NCBI GenBank assembly: GCA_047617785.1
Contig: JBLGBK010000004.1
Coordinates: 1-51,507 of the forward strand
Source of the DNA: Colwellia polaris
GTDB taxonomy: Archaea; Nanohalarchaeota; Nanosalinia; Nanosalinales; Nanosalinaceae
Reading direction: 5' to 3'
Length of the DNA stretch: 51,507 bases
Part shown: one piece after another, positions 35,894 through 44,248 of the stretch
Layout: each line of letters begins with the position of its first letter
Position numbering within the stretch: the stretch's first letter is position 1
Notes under the pieces: generated by a model
What the model was told of the DNA's origin: nothing
Seen by the model: only the letters and a program-made list of their open reading frames with translations
The model's database searches: none
Position numbers and translations under genes: made by a program

Positions 35894-36855
35894 GATGTAT
35901 CAACCTCGTCTGGACGCCAGTTTGGAAGAGTTTTCTCTGATATATCTGTTTCTCTCCCTGCCTGCAGCTCAATTAATCCCTGATGTGCGATCATCGCTCC
36001 GTTATCCATAAGGAACTCTGGTGGAGGTACGTATGCTTCTGCACCTCTCTGCTCGCACATCTGCTCGATCATTTCCTGTAAACGTGAGTTCATAGCTACA
36101 CCGCCTGTGAGAAGCGCTTCTTTTGATCCTTCCTGCGCCATCGCTCTTTCCAGAGCTTCGATAGCAACTGAGTATGCGTTTTCCTGAAAACTGTTGGCTA
36201 GTACTTCCTCGCTGGTTCCACCGGCTTTTCTCTGCGCCTCGCTTACTAGGCCAGAGTAAGATAGATCCATGCCTTTGATTGGATAGCTCAGATCTGTTAT
36301 CTCATTAGTTTTCTTCGCTAGTTTCTCTATTTCTGGTCCTCCAGGATGTGGATGTCCGAGTGTGCGTGCTAGTTTGTCAAGGGCATTTCCAAGCGCTATA
36401 TCTAGTGTTTCTCCGACGATCCGGTATTTGTCGTTTCTGTACTGTATTATCTGTGTGTTGCCGCCTGAAACGTATAGTGTAGTTGGTCTTTCCGCATCAG
36501 TAGTTCTTGTTCCGATTGAGATATGTGCGAGGCAGTGGTTTACTCCGATTAAAGGTATATCGTGTTTATTTGCCAGGCTTCTTGCGGTTACTGCACCTAC
36601 TTCAAGGCACTGAGGTATTCCGGGTCCGCGTGAGTATGATATTGCGTCGATGTCCTTAGGTTCTAGTTCTGCTTCTTTGTATGCTTCTTTGAGAAGGTGT
36701 ACTGCCTTATTGTAGTGGTGTTCTGAGGCTTTTCTCGGATGTATACCGCCTTCTTCTGGCTCGTACATGTCTTTCTGATTGGCGAGTATCTCGTCTTCGT
36801 TGACTATTCCTACGCCGAATGTGTGGGCGGTACTTTCTATTCCGAGGACATTCAT
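35884..36855 (-). CDS. kae1: tRNA N6-threonylcarbamoyltransferase Kae1
   Basis: LGIESTAHT, GGIHP, GPG, VNHCLAH, YVSGGNTQ, GETLDIA and DNGAMIA motifs. Confidence 0.98.
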   Translation of the reverse strand: MNVLGIESTAHTFGVGIVNEDEILANQKDMYEPEEGGIHPRKASEHHYNKAVHLLKEAYKEAELEPKDIDAISYSRGPGIPQCLEVGAVTARSLANKHDIPLIGVNHCLAHISIGTRTTDAERPTTLYVSGGNTQIIQYRNDKYRIVGETLDIALGNALDKLARTLGHPHPGGPEIEKLAKKTNEITDLSYPIKGMDLSYSGLVSEAQRKAGGTSEEVLANSFQENAYSVAIEALERAMAQEGSKEALLTGGVAMNSRLQEMIEQMCEQRGAEAYVPPPEFLMDNGAMIAHQGLIELQAGRETDISEKTLPNWRPDEVDTSWM

Positions 36856-36891
36856 TACAGGAAAGATTGGAGAATTGAAAAGTTAAAACTC

Positions 36892-37449
36892 CTAGTTTTC
36901 GACTTCTTGGGTGTAATCTCTTAACTTCTTCAGGGCTTCTTCCCGGTGAGAAACCTGATTCTTGTATTCTGGTTCCTCGCCCCAGGTCTTATCATTGCCT
37001 TCAGGAAGAAATAACGGGTCGTAACCGAAACCGCCGTCGCCTCGCGGTTTGACTATCTCGCCTTTAGCTTTGCCGGTGAAAACCTCGGTCTCATCACTTT
37101 GTGGATTGTAGAGAGCGATTGCTGCTCGGAACTCGGCTTTTGCTCCTTCATCAACTAGATTTAATATCTTGTCTTTACCGACTTTACGATCGAAGAAATG
37201 TGTCTGAGGTCCGGGAAATCCGTTTAGGTCCTCTATGAATAGTCCGGAGTCGTCTGCTATGATGAATTCGTCTTCTTTATCTGATTTCTCAATTGCCTGC
37301 ATAACTTTGTTCTCTGCGATGGTCTCGATAGAGTCGACGCTGAGTTCGATTGTTTCGATATCAAGTTGTTCAACTTCAAACTGGTCTCCGAGGATTTCCG
37401 AAGCATGCTTGGCTTTTCCGGAGTTGCCGGTTGCGAAATAGATCTTCAT
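36892..37449 (-). CDS. rdgB: Non-canonical purine NTP pyrophosphatase (RdgB/HAM1)
   Basis: FATGNSGK, DDSGLFI..LNGFPGP, GFGYDPLF and KNQVSHR motifs. Confidence 0.95.
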   Translation of the reverse strand: MKIYFATGNSGKAKHASEILGDQFEVEQLDIETIELSVDSIETIAENKVMQAIEKSDKEDEFIIADDSGLFIEDLNGFPGPQTHFFDRKVGKDKILNLVDEGAKAEFRAAIALYNPQSDETEVFTGKAKGEIVKPRGDGGFGYDPLFLPEGNDKTWGEEPEYKNQVSHREEALKKLRDYTQEVEN

Positions 37450-37520
37450 GTAGAAAAACTGTCTCTAATAGAAATTAAAAGCTGAGATATGAAGAGGGAG
37501 AGAAAGGAAATGTAGGTAGA

Positions 37521-37670
37521 TTAATCGTGTTTGGTGTACTGGCACTTGCCGCAGCTTTTGCGGTCTTCGTGTTCTGCTAGGAAGCTGCCGCATCGTGGGC
37601 ATTTTTCTCCTGTGTGGCTTCCGTCTTCGTTGTATTTCTCGTGTAGCTCTACTTTTTCGTGTTTGCTCAT
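37521..37670 (-). CDS. rps27ae: 30S ribosomal protein eS31 (S27ae), 49 aa; absent from the ORF track
   Basis: Manual translation MSKHEKVELHEKYNEDGSHTGEKCPRCGSFLAEHEDRKSCGKCQYTKHD; follows rps24e. Confidence 0.95.
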   Translation of the reverse strand: MSKHEKVELHEKYNEDGSHTGEKCPRCGSFLAEHEDRKSCGKCQYTKHD

Positions 37671-37684
37671 TTAATTTGACACCT

Positions 37685-38122
37685 CTAAAGTCGGTCCTGA
37701 ATCCACTGTTTCAGGGTTTTTCTGTCTTTGTTCTGTTTTTCTGCTTCTAGTGCTGCTTTCAGGCTTTCTGTTTCTACTTCTTCTAGTTCGTCTTTTGCTT
37801 CTGTGATTGTGCCTGAAACTGCTTCTTCGAACTCTGCAACTGGTAGATCTTGTGTTTCTTCTTCGATTGTTTCTTCTTCTAGTTCTTCGTCGTATTCGAA
37901 GTCTTGGTAGACCTTTGCGTAAGCTGTGGAAACTTGGCTTCCGAAAGGAGTTTTTACTGTCTTGATCTCGATTTTGTCCTGATCAAGATCGTTCTCTGCT
38001 GCTACACGGTCTTTGATGTCGCTTGTGCTTGGTGTAGCTTCTCCTTTGTGGTTAAGAGTGATTTTAACGTTCTTTCTATCCAGTAGTGGATTGTTTCTTA
38101 CTGATGTAATTTTTGCTTCCAT
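37685..38122 (-). CDS. rps24e: 30S ribosomal protein eS24 with extra C-terminal helical domain
   Basis: NPLLDRK...H.GEATPS...T.FG....AYAKVY core, then an acidic linker and a 45-50 aa extension. Confidence 0.93.
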   Translation of the reverse strand: MEAKITSVRNNPLLDRKNVKITLNHKGEATPSTSDIKDRVAAENDLDQDKIEIKTVKTPFGSQVSTAYAKVYQDFEYDEELEEETIEEETQDLPVAEFEEAVSGTITEAKDELEEVETESLKAALEAEKQNKDRKTLKQWIQDRL

Positions 38123-38135
38123 TAGTATTCACCTT

Positions 38136-38324
38136 TTATTTTGCTCTGATTGCGTAACGTCCTGGTGTTGAGATTTCCATTTTCTCTGCGATCTCCGAGT
38201 CTTCAGGATCGTAGATTACTACAAGTCCGCTCCAGGATGTTGATAGATCATTGTTACGGCAGACAGGACATTCGTCGCTGTCTTCAACTATACGGTTACA
38301 GTTCTTGCATACTTTTTCAGCCAT
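38136..38324 (-). CDS. spt4: Transcription elongation factor Spt4 (RpoE'')
   Basis: CKNC...CPVC...WSGLVVIYDPEDSEIA...PGRYA motifs. Confidence 0.97.
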   Translation of the reverse strand: MAEKVCKNCNRIVEDSDECPVCRNNDLSTSWSGLVVIYDPEDSEIAEKMEISTPGRYAIRAK

Positions 38325-38906
38325 TTACTCTTCCCCTTCGTCTTCTTCTTGTTCTTCTTCGGCTTTTTCTTCTTCGTAATGCTCGATCCATTCGTCTTTA
38401 CCTAGTCCTGGCTGTCTCATTGTCAGGTTGATCTTGTTGCTTTCTTCGTTGCCTAGGCTGACTGCAATTATGCGTGTGATAACTTTGTCATCGATTTCCA
38501 GGCTGAATTGTTCTTCTTCGGACACAAGCATGTTGTTTTCTTCGTCCATGTTGACGTATTCGTCCATTACCTGGGATACGTGGCATAGGCCGTCGAATGG
38601 CCCTATTCGGATGAATGCTCCGAAGTCTGTGATGTCAACTACCTCTCCGCGGATGACTTCGTGCATTTCTGGTGCGAAGGTTAGTGCTTCGTACTCGACT
38701 TCGTAGTGAACTCCTGCGTCTTCCGGCTCAATATCTCCGCCTTCGACACTGAGAACATTTTCTACTGCGAGGATTACACCTGCTTCCTCTGTGATTGTGC
38801 CTTCTGCTTCTTCTTTTAATCCTTCCTTTACGCTTTCTTCTACGTTTTCCCCGAAGTGCTCTGGAGGCACTCTAACGGAGTCCGCTACTGTAAGTCGTTT
38901 GTACAT
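38325..38906 (-). CDS. rpoE1: RNA polymerase subunit E' (Rpo7)
   Basis: VRVPPEHFG...GEVVDITDFGAFIRIGPFDGLCHVSQV...LTMRQPGLGK motifs. Confidence 0.97.
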   Translation of the reverse strand: MYKRLTVADSVRVPPEHFGENVEESVKEGLKEEAEGTITEEAGVILAVENVLSVEGGDIEPEDAGVHYEVEYEALTFAPEMHEVIRGEVVDITDFGAFIRIGPFDGLCHVSQVMDEYVNMDEENNMLVSEEEQFSLEIDDKVITRIIAVSLGNEESNKINLTMRQPGLGKDEWIEHYEEEKAEEEQEEDEGEE

Positions 38907-38977
38907 AGTGGGTTATCCTCCTCTAAATGGTTTAAATCTAAATCTCTGTGGAACATATAACAGGTTAGACACAATTT

Positions 38978-39361
38978 TTAAAACCCTACCGAGGAACGGT
39001 TCAAAACCTCCAAGTGATCGCCGCTGCGTATGATCACAACTTCACGCGAGTCATCAAGTAAACGATTCTTCAGCTCCTTATCGTTCGTAGCAATAATATA
39101 ATCTTCCGCGATATCAACAAGCAAATCGTCTACTTCGCCATTACCTTCAGTGCTCAACACTTCAATGTCCTGGGTCTCAAGCAACTTGTCGATCAGTTCC
39201 TTGTACTTTCCGCCTTCGATACTCTTCGCTTCCTGAACAGCATCCTCCAAAGTGTAGATCTGATGGAGAGGGTATATCCGGTCGAACTCCTCGAAAAGCG
39301 GAAATGAAAGCTGGAAAGGAGCGACCAGAAAGTTCGTGTCTAACACGATTTTGTTGTCCAT
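38978..39361 (-). CDS. PIN-domain protein (Fcf1/Utp24-like)
   Basis: IVLDTNFL...VDD...IIATNDKELK motifs; usual neighbour of aIF2gamma and rpoE1. Confidence 0.9.
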   Translation of the reverse strand: MDNKIVLDTNFLVAPFQLSFPLFEEFDRIYPLHQIYTLEDAVQEAKSIEGGKYKELIDKLLETQDIEVLSTEGNGEVDDLLVDIAEDYIIATNDKELKNRLLDDSREVVIIRSGDHLEVLNRSSVGF

Positions 39362-39385
39362 AAAACTAAATCCAGAACTCTAGCT

Positions 39386-40606
39386 TTAAAAACCGGTTTC
39401 GAAAACTTTCTCCAGACTGATTTCAGGTTCTTTCAGCATACCACCTGCTTCAACCTCTTCACGGAACTTCTCAGCATACTCTGAGTTGATCTTACCTATC
39501 AAAAGCGGCCAGACCTCATCTCTCTCACTCCATTCGCTGACTCCTTTCAAGTAGATATGATGCCGCAGCGCTTCACGATTTCTTGCTACTAGGTAGAAAC
39601 TTCTATCTACACTTCCGCCAAGATCGATTAACTTCTCAACTATATCCTTGAAATTCTCTCCGTAATTGTCGGACTCTGCTATCTTGTACGCAGCAACTAA
39701 CCGGAGATGATAGTCAAAATCTTTCTCAGCATAATTTGTATTTGTCTTCTGTTCTCTGTAAAGTGCTCCACCTTCCTCTGTCTGGTCATAGAACGGAGTA
39801 TGAATACCAAGTATAGGAGGGAAGCCGGATTCCTCTCCTGCCTTATATCCGTTATAGGCTCTTAATGCGTGGAATAGCTCGTGCTTGGTCAGCATCTCTG
39901 CCTCTTGCTTTGAGTATTTCCGTTTGTCATCGCTGCTACCGTTCGCAGCTACAACTGTCTGCTCCTCCGGAATATTAAAGCATCCTTCTACCTCACGCAG
40001 CTCGACACTATAATCCATGCCGAGCCGTTTAACTTCCTCCTCAAACATTTCTTTCAAGTCTTCGCCGTCAAGAGTTTTCTCCTTTTCTTCAGGCTTATCC
40101 ATTTCCTCTAGTTTTTCAATAGAGTCTCTGTATGTTTCCTCATCTATCATAGGCCAGATCTTCTCGGAGTATTCACGCCAGCTTTCTTCATCTTCTATGT
40201 TTTCTGAAAGCTCGAGGTATAGCTCTAGTTCACTGATTATCTCGCTGAAGAATTGCTGCATATCCTCCGCAGATAGCTTTTCTGCGCCGTATTTCTTCAT
40301 TTCTTCCTTACTGATGTTTTGAGATGCTTCTCTGCATTGTTCTAGTAAGCTATAGAGTGGTTGAGTATCGTTTGTTTTCTTGAATTTGAACTCGGGATGA
40401 TAGTGTTGCTTTTCGTCTCTGCTTTGCTTGAACCTTTCTCTTTCCTCTTTCTTGTTGGTTATCTGAATGTTCTTGATCCATGAGGTTTTGTCTGTAAGAT
40501 GTCTTACTGCTTCCTTAAGGCCTTCTATCCTGTTTTCTGCTTTGAAATGTATTTCTGTTTCCTCTGTTATCTCTGTTGATTTGAGTTCTTCAGGTTTGAT
40601 TTTCAT
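39386..40606 (-). CDS. DUF1704/MATCAP-like zinc metallopeptidase (putative carboxypeptidase)
   Basis: YHPEFKF, LTKHELFHALRAYNG zinc motif, TEEGGALYRE (QEGLA-like third ligand), HIYLKG and LLIGKI. Confidence 0.75.
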   Translation of the reverse strand: MKIKPEELKSTEITEETEIHFKAENRIEGLKEAVRHLTDKTSWIKNIQITNKKEERERFKQSRDEKQHYHPEFKFKKTNDTQPLYSLLEQCREASQNISKEEMKKYGAEKLSAEDMQQFFSEIISELELYLELSENIEDEESWREYSEKIWPMIDEETYRDSIEKLEEMDKPEEKEKTLDGEDLKEMFEEEVKRLGMDYSVELREVEGCFNIPEEQTVVAANGSSDDKRKYSKQEAEMLTKHELFHALRAYNGYKAGEESGFPPILGIHTPFYDQTEEGGALYREQKTNTNYAEKDFDYHLRLVAAYKIAESDNYGENFKDIVEKLIDLGGSVDRSFYLVARNREALRHHIYLKGVSEWSERDEVWPLLIGKINSEYAEKFREEVEAGGMLKEPEISLEKVFETGF

Positions 40607-40667
40607 GTAAACTTTAGTTTCCGGTTCTAAAGGTTTAAAGTAGTCCCAGAGAAATTATACTCTGAAA

Positions 40668-41618
40668 ATGTACAAAACTGGCTTTATCTGGGATAGCGAA
40701 ATAGCATGGAACCGAGAAAATCCTTTTGATGGGAAAAGAAGTGACGACTTTGCGTACTATACTGAAGAAGGAAGGGGGTACGATCTCGAAATATACATTG
40801 CTAACTATAAATGGTATGAAAAAGGCAAATTAACTAAGGCGTGGTTCTGGAATGGAGAAGAATGGGAGAAAAAACATGACGTAGAACTTGACTTGATATA
40901 CGACAAATTCAAATATGACTTGGATACTAGAAATCTCAAGGAAGAAATGGCAGAGGAACTTCCTGTCCTGAATGATCTTGAACTAGAAGAAATATGTAAA
41001 GACAAGCTTAAGACATACAACTTATTCTCTGAGCGCGTAGGCGAGACTAGAAAAGCTACGCAGGAAAATGCAGAGCAGATGTTTGAGAAATTTGAGAAAA
41101 TTGTTTACAAGCCGCGTTATGGATTTGCAGGGCACGGTGTCGAAGTTCTTCACAGCTTAGAAGAGTTTTCTGAACCTGACAATCCGGAAGACTTCATAAT
41201 ACAGAGGTTCATTGATACCGATGGCTTTGAGGAGTGGGGTGTTGAAGGACCTCATGATCTCCGGACCATCGTGATAAACGGCGAGATACAGGATGGGAAC
41301 TATGTCCGTGTTCCGGATGAAGGATTGATCAGCAATATTAGCCGTGGAGGCCATCAGAAATATATCAGAAGAAGTGAACTACCTGATTCTGTAATTGAGT
41401 TGATAGATGAGATAAAGCAGGAATTTGAGCGTTTCCAACCTGCTATCTTTTCGGTTGACTTCATGTTTGATAAAGATATGAAGCCATGGATAGTCGAGCT
41501 GAACTCCAAACCAGGGACCTACTTCAACCATCCAGAAAAGGATGAAGAGTTGGAGAAAAAGAAAATCAAGAATATCCTGAAAACTCTAAACCTGAAAGCC
41601 GAAGAGTTCTATGGATGA
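40668..41618 (+). CDS. ATP-grasp ligase (RimK/GshB/YheCD-like), paralogue A
   Basis: CKDKLKTY, YKPRYGFAGHGV, IIQRFI, HDLRTIV, SNISRGG, SVDF and VELNSKPG motifs. Confidence 0.88.
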   Translation: MYKTGFIWDSEIAWNRENPFDGKRSDDFAYYTEEGRGYDLEIYIANYKWYEKGKLTKAWFWNGEEWEKKHDVELDLIYDKFKYDLDTRNLKEEMAEELPVLNDLELEEICKDKLKTYNLFSERVGETRKATQENAEQMFEKFEKIVYKPRYGFAGHGVEVLHSLEEFSEPDNPEDFIIQRFIDTDGFEEWGVEGPHDLRTIVINGEIQDGNYVRVPDEGLISNISRGGHQKYIRRSELPDSVIELIDEIKQEFERFQPAIFSVDFMFDKDMKPWIVELNSKPGTYFNHPEKDEELEKKKIKNILKTLNLKAEEFYG

Positions 41619-42552
41619 CAATATAGCCTTTCTTTGGTGGGAAGATGAAGTTAAGTGGGAAAAAGCAGATAAGCCGTTCTCTAAAGAATGGAAGAGCAGG
41701 GACTACGAAGTTTACGCTGATCTTTTCGAGAAAAGAGATATAGATTTCTACGCTGCAGAGTACAGATGGCTGGCGGAAGATTTTCTAAGGAAGGCTTGGT
41801 ACTGGAACGGTGATAAATGGATTAAGAAACACGATATACAGGTAGAGATGGTTTATGACCTTTTCCGTCATGACGAGGAGAAGATGAAGCTAAAGAAAGA
41901 TATACAAAATCACGTGGATTTAGTTAACAAGCCTGACGTAACTGATCTTTGTCAGGACAAATTGAAGACCTATAATAAGTTTTCTAATTATGTCCCCGAA
42001 ACTGCAGAAGCTACAGAGGATAATATAAGAGATCTCCTAGATGAATATGGGGAAGTTGTCCTAAAGCCTCGCTATGGTTCAGCAGGAGAAGGAATTGAAA
42101 GAATTGAATCAATAGAGGAGCTTGAGGGAAGAGAAACTGATGACTTGCTTGTTCAGAGATTTGTGTCCGAGCCTCTTCTTTCTGAATTTGATCTTGAGAA
42201 ATTTCATGATCTTCGCGTGATAATAATTAATGATGAGGTTCTCGGAGGATATTTGCGTCTTCCAGAAAAAGAGGGTTTTCTGAGCAATGTGGCTCAAGGT
42301 GCATCGGTTAAGTATTTGAAAACTGAAGAAATCCCTGAAAAAGTTTACCCTATGATTGACGAGGTATCAGATTGCTTTAGACAGTATTCGCCAGTTATCT
42401 ATACGGTCGACTTCATCTTTGAGGATGATGAACCGTTAATAATGGAACTGAACTCTCAGCCAGGTATATTCTACCATAAGGACGCGACAATGAAGGAGTA
42501 CGAGTATCCATGGATGAAAAAGGTGGTCGAAACACTTGAAGAAAATCTTTAG
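41611..42552 (+). CDS. ATP-grasp ligase (RimK/GshB/YheCD-like), paralogue B
   Basis: CQDKLKTY, LKPRYGSAGEGI, LVQRFV, HDLRVII, SNVAQGA, TVDF and MELNSQPG motifs; shares KAWxWNG..W.KKHD with paralogue A. Confidence 0.88.
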   Translation: MDDNIAFLWWEDEVKWEKADKPFSKEWKSRDYEVYADLFEKRDIDFYAAEYRWLAEDFLRKAWYWNGDKWIKKHDIQVEMVYDLFRHDEEKMKLKKDIQNHVDLVNKPDVTDLCQDKLKTYNKFSNYVPETAEATEDNIRDLLDEYGEVVLKPRYGSAGEGIERIESIEELEGRETDDLLVQRFVSEPLLSEFDLEKFHDLRVIIINDEVLGGYLRLPEKEGFLSNVAQGASVKYLKTEEIPEKVYPMIDEVSDCFRQYSPVIYTVDFIFEDDEPLIMELNSQPGIFYHKDATMKEYEYPWMKKVVETLEENL

Positions 42553-43430
42553 TTTTTCTGAGCTTCCATAGCCCTGTTGTGAAGCCTTTCAACTATTCTT
42601 AGAATAACATCATCGCCAACCAGCTCGTTGATTTCTTCGTGTATTCCAAAGGAGCCATTTATCTCCAATACGTGAGGACCCTCATCGGTGCTTATGATAT
42701 CGGCACCACATATATCGAAACCGGTAGCACGTGCTGCTTTTAAAGCTGCATCTTTCATTTCATCTGTTAATTCAGCTTTCTTACGTTCTCCACCTGCAGA
42801 TATGTTAGAACGCCAGTCGTCTCCTCCACTGCTTCTACTGTATGCTGTTACATAGTCTCCGATGACTATAACTCTGTTATCTGTTCCGGAATGTTCTTTG
42901 AACTCCTGAAGACATATTTCTTGCTCAAAGCTCTTCATTGTATCCATTACAGGTTTTAATTCGTTCTCTCCGGTTGCTCGCATTACTCCTTGACCTCCTA
43001 CTCCTTTTACAGTCTTCATGATTACGGGGTAGCCAAGCCTTCTAGCAGCTTCTACTGCTACATCGGGTGAAAGAGTGTACACTGAGTCGGGTACCTGTAC
43101 TCCGTTTTCTGAAAGTACTTTCATGCTGTAGAACTTATTTGACTCGTAGCTATATGTGTCGTTTTCTGCCTGAGTTACAACGCCGGATTCGTTCATTACT
43201 TCGGTTAGATGTTCGGAAAACATCATGTCGCGGTCGTCTGTTCTTATGTAGACTGCGTCGAACTCAGTTAGATCTGTACCTTTGTATAGTACTTTGGTTT
43301 TTTCGCTGCTATGAACGAATTTGATGCCGTCAATTGGAGCTGCTAGAACAGAATCAAAGATATCTTCTGCACGCTCCATAATGAGTTGGTGGCGTGTTGA
43401 AACATCTCCGTATACGATTCCTAGCTTCAT
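42549..43430 (-). CDS. RimK/LysX-family alpha-L-glutamate ligase
   Basis: NKFYS, YPVIMKTVKGVGGQGV, LQEF, DNRVIVIG, WRSNISAGG, GADII and LEINGSFG motifs. Confidence 0.9.
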   Translation of the reverse strand: MKLGIVYGDVSTRHQLIMERAEDIFDSVLAAPIDGIKFVHSSEKTKVLYKGTDLTEFDAVYIRTDDRDMMFSEHLTEVMNESGVVTQAENDTYSYESNKFYSMKVLSENGVQVPDSVYTLSPDVAVEAARRLGYPVIMKTVKGVGGQGVMRATGENELKPVMDTMKSFEQEICLQEFKEHSGTDNRVIVIGDYVTAYSRSSGGDDWRSNISAGGERKKAELTDEMKDAALKAARATGFDICGADIISTDEGPHVLEINGSFGIHEEINELVGDDVILRIVERLHNRAMEAQKN

Positions 43431-44248
43431 TTTTCTTCAACCTGTTCTTTGATGGTTTCTGCTACTGCTTCAAATGAGCTTTTACCGGAGACATCCTGAT
43501 ACATCTCCAGATCAGGGTTGGGATTTACGTCATATACGTTTTCTCCTACAAGAAGAATTTCTGCAATATCGGTTCCGATTTTATTCACTGTTTTTCGGAC
43601 TATCTCTTTTTGAGTATCTGATATATTTGAGTACTTCAAGTTATCTCGAGTGAAATCCCAGTCCTCACTACCTTCTTTCACCGAAATAATCTGATCTCCA
43701 GCAACTAGGCAATAGTATTTATCACCTTCTTCTAATTCGTGGAAGAGAAGTACGTCCTCCTCGTACTCTACGCCCTCAATAAATCCCTGTATGTCTTCAG
43801 AATCTTCTAATTTCTTTGTTTCAGTCTCCTCGTAGTCTTCAATATTTCTTCCGACTAAAGGTGGCTGAAGCTCTCTCTCAATGTTTCTTCCTGCCTTCTC
43901 CGAAGCAACAACCATGGTCTTTGGAGCAGGTATGTCTTGTTCATGCAAGACATAGTAAAGGTAGTTTTTCTTCGCCATAATAAAGAAGGCTGTTGAGGGA
44001 TAGTTAACAGCTACATTAGCTTCCTCTACCATTTCGAGCATAACGCGGCCGAAAACGGCGTTTTTCTCTGGTAACTCTGCGTAGAGAGCATCATATTCTG
44101 TGATGGATTTATCGCCGAGCTTGAGATCCTTTTTTCCTTGGACGATTTCAGGAGCAACTTTCTCAACGTCTATATGTTCTACCTCGTCAAAGAATTGGTC
44201 TATTTTGTGCTCTTCGCTGTCAGTTACTCTGACCAGTTTTATTTTCAT
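43427..44248 (-). CDS. Degenerate RimK-like ATP-grasp protein
   Basis: VNYP...KKNY...IPAPKT...PPLV...YDVNPNPDL fold pattern with eroded catalytic motifs. Start moved to ATG 44248 after a GGAGGGG SD. Confidence 0.75.
   Translation of the reverse strand: MKIKLVRVTDSEEHKIDQFFDEVEHIDVEKVAPEIVQGKKDLKLGDKSITEYDALYAELPEKNAVFGRVMLEMVEEANVAVNYPSTAFFIMAKKNYLYYVLHEQDIPAPKTMVVASEKAGRNIERELQPPLVGRNIEDYEETETKKLEDSEDIQGFIEGVEYEEDVLLFHELEEGDKYYCLVAGDQIISVKEGSEDWDFTRDNLKYSNISDTQKEIVRKTVNKIGTDIAEILLVGENVYDVNPNPDLEMYQDVSGKSSFEAVAETIKEQVEEK

Noticed and set aside
42549-43430. Calling this gene lysX/argX, cofF or mptN
   Set aside because: No LysW carrier, lysine/arginine genes or cofactor pathway genes nearby; only family-level assignment is supportable.
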